DNA of 32,000 nucleotides from Dickeya dadantii NCPPB 898 (GTDB lineage Bacteria; Pseudomonadota; Gammaproteobacteria; Enterobacterales; Enterobacteriaceae): NCBI RefSeq assembly GCF_000406145.1, contig NZ_CM001976.1, positions 4,332,380 to 4,364,379 of the forward strand, read 5' to 3'. Shown piece by piece: positions 25,230 to 32,000 of this stretch (position 1 is its first letter; each line of letters starts with the position of its first letter). The notes under the pieces were generated by a model. It saw only the letters and a program-made list of their open reading frames with translations, ran no database searches and was not told where the DNA came from. The position numbers and the translations under genes were made by a program.

Positions 25230-25899
25230 GACGTACCGCCTCCAGTTCCTGTCGCATACGCGCAATCACCGCCCGGTAATCCGGCTGACCGAAAATCGCC
25301 GAACCGGCGACAAACATGTCCGCCCCGGCAGCCGCAATCTGCGCGATGTTATCCACTTTAACGCCGCCGTCCACTTCCAGGCGAATATCGTAGCCGCTGT
25401 CATCAATCCGCTGGCGCACCTGACGCAGCTTATCTAGCGTGGACGGAATGAAAGACTGGCCGCCAAAGCCCGGATTGACCGACATCAGCAAAATAATGTC
25501 CAGCTTATCCATCACGTAGTCGAGATAACTCAGCGAGGTGGCGGGGTTAAACACCAGACCGGCCTTACAGCCGTGATCTTTGATCAGTTGCAGGGTGCGG
25601 TCGACATGCTCGGACGCTTCGGGATGAAACGTGATGAAGCTGGCGCCGGCTTCGGCAAAATCGGGGATCAGCCGATCCACCGGTTTTACCATCAGATGCA
25701 CATCCACCGGTGCGGTGATGCCATAGTTGCGCAGAGATTTCAGCACCAGCGGACCGATAGTGAGATTGGGAACATAGTGATTGTCCATCACGTCAAAGTG
25801 GACCACATCCGCCCCAGCCGCCAGGGCTTGCGCCGTGTCCTCGCCAAGACGGGCAAAGTCAGCCGACAAAATAGACGGGGCGATTAAAAACGGTTTCAT
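25222..25899 (-). CDS. rpe: ribulose-phosphate 3-epimerase
   Basis: ATG 25899 has a TGGAGA SD. The product [47 protein letters not shown]... is 225 aa. Confidence 0.96.
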
Positions 25900-26035
25900 G
25901 CGTTTCTCCAAACCATCAAGTCTGCATTTCGCTGCCGGGCGCTGTTGGTTAATCGCACACCTGCGCAGCCACTCTGTAAGGGAACAACCCTCTTACTTCC
26001 TCACCTCGTCATCCATCTGGCGCACTTTGCCACGC

Positions 26036-26863
26036 TCAGAACGTCGCCCGACAATACAACGCCAGCAACTCGTTGACCTTGCTGCGGCCCGAAATATTGC
26101 GGCTGATGGTGCGACGCGCCTTGACCACATACAACGACGAGGCATCACGATACCATTCACGAGTCAGTAACGTATCATGATTGGAAATCAGTACCGGGAT
26201 CTGGCTTTGCGACGACAACTGTTGCGCCAGCTGCGCCAGATTTTGTTGGTCCCGATTATTAAAGTTGTTGGTGTGGTACGCCGTAAAGTTGGCCGTGGCC
26301 GACAGCGGCGCGTAAGGCGGGTCGCAATACACCACCGAGCCAGAGGTGGCGTTAGTCAGCGTCTGCTGATAATGCTCGCATACGAACGTGGCGTTCTGCG
26401 CCTTTTCCGCAAACCAGTAAAGCTCTTCTTCCGGAAAATAGGGTTTCTTATAGCGCCCGAACGGCACATTGAACTCGCCACGCATGTTATAGCGGCACAG
26501 GCCGTTATAACAATGACGGTTCAGATACAGAAACAGCAGTGCCCGACGATAATCATCGGTACAGAGATTGAACTCCTCTCTCAACCGGTAAAAAACATCC
26601 GAAGTATTCACTTCATCGATAAACAGCTCGCGGGCATCGCGAATGAAGGCATCGGTTTCGGTTTTGACAATTTTATAGAGATTAATCAGATCGCTGTTGA
26701 TATCCGCCAGAATATAGCTGTCGTAGTCGGTATTGAGAAATACGGAACCCGCGCCCACGAAAGGCTCGATTAATCGCTCTCCCGCTGGCAGATATCGGCG
26801 AATCTCCTCCACCAGCGGATACTTCCCACCGGCCCATTTTAAGAACGCGCGGTTTTTCTTCAT
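26036..26863 (-). CDS. dam: DNA adenine methyltransferase (GATC-specific)
   Basis: MKKNRAFLKWAGGKYPLVEEIRRYLPAGERLIEPFVGAGSVFLNT... with YCDPPYAP (DPPY motif); 275 aa. It sits in the dam-rpe-gph-trpS order. Confidence 0.96.
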   Translation of the reverse strand: MKKNRAFLKWAGGKYPLVEEIRRYLPAGERLIEPFVGAGSVFLNTDYDSYILADINSDLINLYKIVKTETDAFIRDARELFIDEVNTSDVFYRLREEFNLCTDDYRRALLFLYLNRHCYNGLCRYNMRGEFNVPFGRYKKPYFPEEELYWFAEKAQNATFVCEHYQQTLTNATSGSVVYCDPPYAPLSATANFTAYHTNNFNNRDQQNLAQLAQQLSSQSQIPVLISNHDTLLTREWYRDASSLYVVKARRTISRNISGRSKVNELLALYCRATF

Positions 26864-26939
26864 GCCGTCGTTAATTACTCACACAGTTCAGAGCCACGGA
26901 TTGTACTCTGTTAAGACAGCACATCAGGGCCAATTGGTC

Positions 26940-27992
26940 TTACTTGGTCAAGTCCTGCTTCACCTGACGGATCGGCCTGACCCATGGTTTTTTCGCCTGA
27001 ACATCAGCAGGCAAGGACGCAATGGCGCGTTTGGCATCTTCCGGCGAGGCGTAAACACCATTCACCAGAACATACCAGGGCCGCCCGTCACGTTTCGTTT
27101 CATATACCCAGTAATTCGCCAACCGCTGCTCCCGGGCATACGCCTTGAGGGAATCTTCGCGGGACGCGCTGCTGAGTTGCAAAGTAAAGTGGCTGGCCGG
27201 CGCACTCTGGATAGCCGTAGCGCTCTGGCTTGCGGCTGACGCCGCCGGTTTGACCGCCGCCGCCGGCTTGCTGGCTGGTGCGGGCGTTACCGCCGTCGTG
27301 GGTGCACGATGCGCATTCGCAGCAGGTTTGGCGCTCTCTTTCGCCTCAGCGGCGTTTTTATGAGATGCCGGAGAAGGCTGTTTTTCCGCCTGAACATGGG
27401 CAGGCGATTTCTCCGCAGGCTGAGCGCGTCCGCCTTTGGTTGCCGGCGCCAGCACAGTCGCTGGTTCGGTCGGCAACCCGGAAGACAGCGCGTTCACCCG
27501 GTCCTGTTGCTGAGGCTGCGACAGCGCATCGGTAATATTACCCGGCAATTCAATACGCTGCTGGTTGTTATTCTGCGAAGGCAACGGCGCCTGAGTGGGC
27601 GTACCGGAAACAGGCTGACCGCTCAGCGTCTGCGCAGAGCCAGTGCCCGCACTCTGAGCGGCGACCGGCGCCGGAGAAGATGGCTGAGACGCCGCCGGTG
27701 GCGGTGTTTCCGGTTCCTGACTGGAAGACATGGCTGATGACAGATCGATATTCCTGCCAGAACCGGCTGATTGCGACGGAGCCGAAGACGTATTCTGGCC
27801 GGGAGATTGCAGAGCAGAACCAATGCCGATGATCAGCAGCACCAGTACCACAATACCGATACCAATCATGGTGTGTTGTCTGGATAGCGAAACACTGGGG
27901 GCAGAGAAGCCTTTGCTGCGTCTCTGCTGGCGCGCAGGGCGTCGATCGCTGGTATCCGGCTTCAATTCTTCTTCCGGATTGAACTCATCCAT
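26940..27992 (-). CDS. damX: cell-division SPOR-domain protein DamX
   Basis: MDEFNPEEELKPDTSDRRPARQQRR..., a single TM (MIGIGIVVLVLLIIGIG), a long Pro/Ala/Ser/Gln-rich linker, and a C-terminal SPOR domain (HFTLQLSSASREDSLKAYA...WYVLVNGVYASPEDAKRAIASLP). Confidence 0.9.
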   Translation of the reverse strand: MDEFNPEEELKPDTSDRRPARQQRRSKGFSAPSVSLSRQHTMIGIGIVVLVLLIIGIGSALQSPGQNTSSAPSQSAGSGRNIDLSSAMSSSQEPETPPPAASQPSSPAPVAAQSAGTGSAQTLSGQPVSGTPTQAPLPSQNNNQQRIELPGNITDALSQPQQQDRVNALSSGLPTEPATVLAPATKGGRAQPAEKSPAHVQAEKQPSPASHKNAAEAKESAKPAANAHRAPTTAVTPAPASKPAAAVKPAASAASQSATAIQSAPASHFTLQLSSASREDSLKAYAREQRLANYWVYETKRDGRPWYVLVNGVYASPEDAKRAIASLPADVQAKKPWVRPIRQVKQDLTK

Positions 27993-28126
27993 TTATACCC
28001 TCCAACTGAAAGGCTAGCTTCCGCGGACATCTGACACTGCGAAAGTCTAAATCATAAGGCATTGTATTTTAAACGTAAACTACAGCAACTCCGTCTGCTT
28101 GCTATTCAGACAGCAGACGAACGCGT

Positions 28127-29212
28127 TCAGGGAAGGCAGTCGGCAATGGATGCCAGCACCAGTTCGTGCGATACGCCAGCTCGGACTTCCGACTGACCTA
28201 TCGCCGTGGGCAGAACCAGACGCAGCTCTCCCGCCAGCACCTTCTTGTCCCGCATCATGTGCGGCAGATACGCTTGCGGAGCCATTTCTCGCGGTCCGGT
28301 AACAGGCAATCCGGCCCGCAGCAACAACGCCCTGATGCGCTTGACATCGTCGGCGCTAAACTGCCCGAGACGACGTGCGGCCTCGGCCGCCATCACCATA
28401 CCCGCCGCTACGGCTTCACCATGCAGCCAGTTGCCGTAACCCATTTCCGCTTCAATGGCATGTCCATAAGTGTGGCCCAAATTCAGCAAGGCGCGCACTC
28501 CGGATTCGCGTTCATCCGCCGCCACCACTTCCGCCTTCAGTTCGCAACAACGGCGGATACAGTAAGCCAGCGCGTCATCCTGCAGGCTGCGCACAGCGTC
28601 AATATGGTCTTCCAGCCATTCGAAAAACGCACGGTCAAGGATGATGCCATACTTGATCACTTCAGCCAGACCGGAGGAAAGCTCGCGTGCGGGCAGCGTT
28701 TTAAGGCAATCCAGATCGACCACCACCGAAGCAGGCTGGTAGAACGCGCCAATCATATTTTTGCCTAACGGATGGTTGACGGCGGTTTTCCCGCCGACGG
28801 AAGAATCGACCTGCGACAGCAACGTAGTCGGAACCTGAATGAAGCGAACGCCGCGCTGATAACAGGCGGCGGCAAAGCCGGTCAGGTCGCCGATAACGCC
28901 GCCACCCAACGCGACCAGCGTGGTGTCGCGCCCATGCGGCCGGGCCAGCAAAGCGGAAAACACCTGCTCCAGCACGGCTAAAGACTTGAACTGCTCGCCA
29001 TCAGGCAGAATCACCTGATCAACCCGTACGCCGCTTTTTTCCAGCAGATCACGCAACGCATCCAGATAAAGCGGCGCCAGCGTTTCATTGGTCACCAGCA
29101 TGGCCTGATCGCCAGCCTTCAGCGGCATAAAAGAAGCCGCGTCGTTGAAAAGACCGGCGGCTATCGTAATGGGGTAACTGCGTTCCCCTAGGGTTACGGT
29201 GACTCTTTCCAT
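28127..29212 (-). CDS. aroB: 3-dehydroquinate synthase
   Basis: 361 aa with [22 protein letters not shown]..., [14 protein letters not shown] and [11 protein letters not shown]. Confidence 0.96.
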   Translation of the reverse strand: MERVTVTLGERSYPITIAAGLFNDAASFMPLKAGDQAMLVTNETLAPLYLDALRDLLEKSGVRVDQVILPDGEQFKSLAVLEQVFSALLARPHGRDTTLVALGGGVIGDLTGFAAACYQRGVRFIQVPTTLLSQVDSSVGGKTAVNHPLGKNMIGAFYQPASVVVDLDCLKTLPARELSSGLAEVIKYGIILDRAFFEWLEDHIDAVRSLQDDALAYCIRRCCELKAEVVAADERESGVRALLNLGHTYGHAIEAEMGYGNWLHGEAVAAGMVMAAEAARRLGQFSADDVKRIRALLLRAGLPVTGPREMAPQAYLPHMMRDKKVLAGELRLVLPTAIGQSEVRAGVSHELVLASIADCLP

Positions 29213-29265
29213 GCGCGTTCCATTGATCTGTCAGAAGCCTGCGGCGTGCAGGGGATTACACAAAA

Positions 29266-29787
29266 TCAGTTGCTTTCCAGCATGCTGATAATCTGGTTGG
29301 CAACGACCTTGGCGCTTTGTTCATCAGTGCGAATCGTGACATCGGCGATCTCTTCATACAGCGGATTACGCTCTTTCGCCAATGCCTCCAGCACTTCGCG
29401 TGGTGGGGTTTCAACCTGAAGCAACGGACGTTTTTTATCTCGTTGAGTACGGGCCAACTGTTTTTCGATGGTGGTTTCCAGATACACCACCACGCCACGT
29501 GCAGACAGACGATTGCGGGTTTCGCGTGATTTCACCGAACCGCCGCCCGTCGCCAGTACAATGCCCTGCTTTTCCGTCAATTCATTAATGACTTTCTCTT
29601 CGCGCTCGCGGAAGCCTTCCTCGCCTTCCACATCAAATACCCAGCCCACATCAGCCCCGGTACGTCGCTCAATTTCTTGATCGGAGTCGAAAAATTCCAT
29701 ATTGAGCTGCTGAGCTAACTGACGGCCAATAGTGCTTTTGCCGGCACCCATAGGCCCAACCAGAAAGATATTGCGTTTCTCTGCCAT
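29266..29787 (-). CDS. aroK: shikimate kinase I
   Basis: ATG 29787 gives [36 protein letters not shown]...; 173 aa. The track start at 29835 is an extension. Confidence 0.96.
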   Translation of the reverse strand: MAEKRNIFLVGPMGAGKSTIGRQLAQQLNMEFFDSDQEIERRTGADVGWVFDVEGEEGFREREEKVINELTEKQGIVLATGGGSVKSRETRNRLSARGVVVYLETTIEKQLARTQRDKKRPLLQVETPPREVLEALAKERNPLYEEIADVTIRTDEQSAKVVANQIISMLESN

Positions 29788-29978
29788 TTTTTTGGTATTA
29801 CTAAGAAATTCGTTAATGATAACCCGCCCCGCCATGTAACCTGCGGCGGAACCTAAACTGAAACCTCATGAGCGATAGTGCGAGAATCAGACAAAAAATT
29901 ATCTCAATACTCAGGGTAGTTTGGCAACCGAATAAAATGCCACACGAATCAGGCAGCGATAAACCGTGCGTTTTATCT

Positions 29979-30062
29979 ACGCCCGTCATACTTCAAGTTG
30001 CAGGTCGTTACATTGTTCAAAACGCGAGCGTTTTGTCCTGCAACTTGAATTATTCTGGGTAT
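29979..30062. repeat. ERIC/IRU-like repeat with a non-canonical centre, between aroK and hofQ
   Basis: ...GCCCGTCATACTTCAAGTTGCAGG (to 30004) pairs with CCTGCAACTTGAATTATTCTGGGTAT (30037-30062), giving 13-bp perfect arms TTCAAGTTGCAGG/CCTGCAACTTGAA. The termini match ERIC ends as I recall them, but the 32-nt centre is not the ERIC core. Confidence 0.55.
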
Positions 30063-30203
30063 ACACCGCTGATGTAACACCACTTCCCGTGCTCAAGCCG
30101 CTATCCTTGTATGCTAAAACGCGGGGATCGTCAAACGATGAAGGACACTATTTAACAAAGCGGGCCCACAAGACAGGCAGCCCTACCCGTTTTTCTGTCG
30201 CCT

Positions 30204-31508
30204 TCAGGTCGCCGGAGCGCGTCTGGCCGACTGAATCAGCGTCGGGGTAATAAAAATAACCAGCTCGCGGCGCGTGTGCTGCTGATTGCCGCTGCGAAAC
30301 CATTGCCCGATGCCCGGCAGCGCACTCAATCCCGGAACCTGCCGTTCCCCCTGATTCTTCTGTTGCTGGAAAATGCCGCCCAGCACAATGGTTTCGCCAT
30401 CCAGAACCGTCACCTGAGTCTGGATTTCCTGTTTATCGATCGCCAGTATCTCGCTCCCTTCTCCCTGTTTGATGGCACGCCCCGGCATATTCTGGCTAAT
30501 CAACAAATTGAGCGTAATCTGCCCGCCATGCAGAATCCTGGGCGTGACTTCCATTCCCAGCACCGCTTCCTTGAACTCAATCGACGTTGAACCGCTGGCG
30601 CCGCTAGACACCTGATACGGGATTTCCGTGCCCTGCTTGATGCTGGCCGTCTGCTGGTGTGCGGTAAACAGGCGCGGGCTGGCGATGATCTCCACTTCAT
30701 TTTCCTGTTCCAGCGCCATCAATTCCAGATCCAGCAATCGCCCGTTCAACTTCGCCAGATGAAACCCGGCATTAACGGCGGGCGATTCCACCGGCAGGCT
30801 GACGCTGAAATTGTTCATTTGCAGCGCCTGCCCCGTCGTCGTGGCATCGCCCAGTCCCCAGTTAACGCCCAGCGCCTTCAAATGTTCGCTGCTGATGGTC
30901 ACGATATGCGCCGCCAGTTGCACCTGCGCCAGCGGTTTGTCCAGTTCCCCGAGCCAGGGACGGATTTGCTCCAGCGCCGAAACGACATCCCTTACCAACA
31001 GCGTATTAGTGCGCTTGTCCACCGTGACGCTGCCACGCTCGGTCAGTAGGGTGCCGCGCTGACTCTGCAAGCTTGTTGCCACCTCGGCGGCTTCCGCGTA
31101 CTGCAGGGTGACGGACAGATTCTGCAACGGCAGTTGCTGGCGCTGTTTGGCCGCCAGTTCCTCCTGCTGCCGCTGCCGGTCTTTCATATAGGTATCGGGA
31201 TAGACCATCATGACGCTATCCTGCCGTTCAATCGTCAATTGTCCCATGCGCAGAATAATATCCAGCGCCTGCTGCCAGGGAACCTGCTGCAAATTCAGGC
31301 TGACGTTGCCGGTCACGCCCGGCGCCACTACCAGATTAAGCTGCTGGTGATCGGCCAGCGCCTGCAAGACTCGCTGAACCGGTACATCGTCGAACGCCAG
31401 CGAAACCGGCTCGTCGCCTCGGGCTTCGGCCAGCATGCAGCTAAACAACAGCATCATCAGCCCGCCGTATCGATACAACCATCTGCCGGAAAAACATCCT
31501 GTCTTCAT
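30204..31508 (-). CDS. hofQ: secretin-family outer-membrane protein HofQ/ComE (type IV pilus/DNA uptake)
   Basis: 434 aa, collinear with E. coli HofQ (VPVQRVLQALADHQQLNLVV, RLLDLELMALEQENEVEIIASPRL, IKQGTEIPYQVSSGASGSTSIEFKEAVLGMEVTP, RELVIFITPTL). The ATG lies 3 nt after the hofP stop. Confidence 0.9.
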   Translation of the reverse strand: MKTGCFSGRWLYRYGGLMMLLFSCMLAEARGDEPVSLAFDDVPVQRVLQALADHQQLNLVVAPGVTGNVSLNLQQVPWQQALDIILRMGQLTIERQDSVMMVYPDTYMKDRQRQQEELAAKQRQQLPLQNLSVTLQYAEAAEVATSLQSQRGTLLTERGSVTVDKRTNTLLVRDVVSALEQIRPWLGELDKPLAQVQLAAHIVTISSEHLKALGVNWGLGDATTTGQALQMNNFSVSLPVESPAVNAGFHLAKLNGRLLDLELMALEQENEVEIIASPRLFTAHQQTASIKQGTEIPYQVSSGASGSTSIEFKEAVLGMEVTPRILHGGQITLNLLISQNMPGRAIKQGEGSEILAIDKQEIQTQVTVLDGETIVLGGIFQQQKNQGERQVPGLSALPGIGQWFRSGNQQHTRRELVIFITPTLIQSARRAPAT

Positions 31509-31511
31509 GCG

Positions 31512-31883
31512 TCATTCCTTAAATGCGTTATTCCTTTTGTGACGAAAGGGCGAGCCAAGATGAAACTCCGCCGCCCCACAGCGCGTCGTCTCGTCTGCCG
31601 GGCGCAGCGTGGCGCCAGTGCGATCCAGCCGCGTAACCCGAAAGTCGCCGGGCGGGATGACGTCGCCATCGCGAACGCGCAGCCAGCCGCTTTGCGTCTG
31701 CGCCAGCCATCCGACCCACCGCGATGACGACCCGACCATACCTTTTAATCGCCATTCATCCGGTAACGCTCGGCTTTCACACGAAACGTCCTGCCGCGGT
31801 TGAAATGGATCGCGCATCGTCTCCGCCATCACCATTCCCGACAGCAAACCGAGCCACAGCGCGACGCTTCGCCATCCGCTCAT
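31512..31883 (-). CDS. hofP: pilus assembly protein HofP-like
   Basis: 123 aa; MSGWRSVALWLGLLSGMVMAETMRDPFQP has a signal-like N-terminus. The call rests on position between hofO and hofQ. Its ATG overlaps the upstream stop (ATGA at 31880-31883). Confidence 0.65.
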   Translation of the reverse strand: MSGWRSVALWLGLLSGMVMAETMRDPFQPRQDVSCESRALPDEWRLKGMVGSSSRWVGWLAQTQSGWLRVRDGDVIPPGDFRVTRLDRTGATLRPADETTRCGAAEFHLGSPFRHKRNNAFKE

Positions 31884-32000
31884 TGCGCTGCCTCCGCTGA
31901 CAGTGGCAACGACAGCCGCAGTTCGATGCGCAGCCCGTCCGGCGCTTTTCGGATCGTCATATGATCGATGCGCAGCACTACCGGAAGCGCCCTGACACGC
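31880..32000 (-). CDS. hofO: 3' end of HofO-like pilus assembly gene (truncated by window edge)
   Basis: The minus-strand frame is open from the window edge to TGA 31882-31880, hand-translated as ...RVRALPVVLRIDHMTIRKAPDGLRIELRLSLPLSAEAAQ*. The assignment rests on synteny only. Confidence 0.5.
   Translation of the reverse strand, partial: RVRALPVVLRIDHMTIRKAPDGLRIELRLSLPLSAEAAQ

Noticed and set aside
27000-27900. Repetitive Pro/Ala/Ser/Gln-rich coding and multiple overlapping ORFs inside damX
   Set aside because: The low-complexity linker is a known property of DamX, and the overlapping ORFs are frame shadows.

Overview
This window is an enterobacterial chromosome segment, almost certainly Dickeya (Erwinia chrysanthemi group). 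The evidence is the ELIC ion-channel gene and a pelB-pelC-pelZ-type pectate lyase cluster. A conserved backbone (yheT-yheU-prkB-yhfA-crp-argD-pabA ... ppiA ... trpS-gph-rpe-dam-damX-aroB-aroK-hofQPO) is interrupted between pabA and ppiA by about 15.6 kb of accessory DNA (about 5.6-21.2 kb). No integrase, transposase or tRNA is visible at its edges. The accessory block has three modules. (1) A low-GC module on the minus strand holds a GTG-started AraC-HTH regulator with a degenerate sigma54-type AAA+ domain and an XRE regulator broken at an A9 run. It also holds a 49-codon peptide gene missing from the ORF track, a PatA/PatG-type (cyanobactin-like) S8 protease, and an orphan GH19 muramidase/chitinase-like gene. 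(2) A translationally coupled four-gene operon encodes a PLP decarboxylase, the pentameric ligand-gated channel ELIC, a Cache-domain membrane protein and an MFS transporter. (3) Tandem PL1 pectate lyases carry duplicated CRP and KdgR operator modules and are followed by a pelZ-like gene. The two best candidates for poorly described biology are the peptide/protease locus and the amine-channel operon. The many long antisense ORFs in the track are shadows of GC-rich genes. No rRNA, tRNA or CRISPR array was seen.
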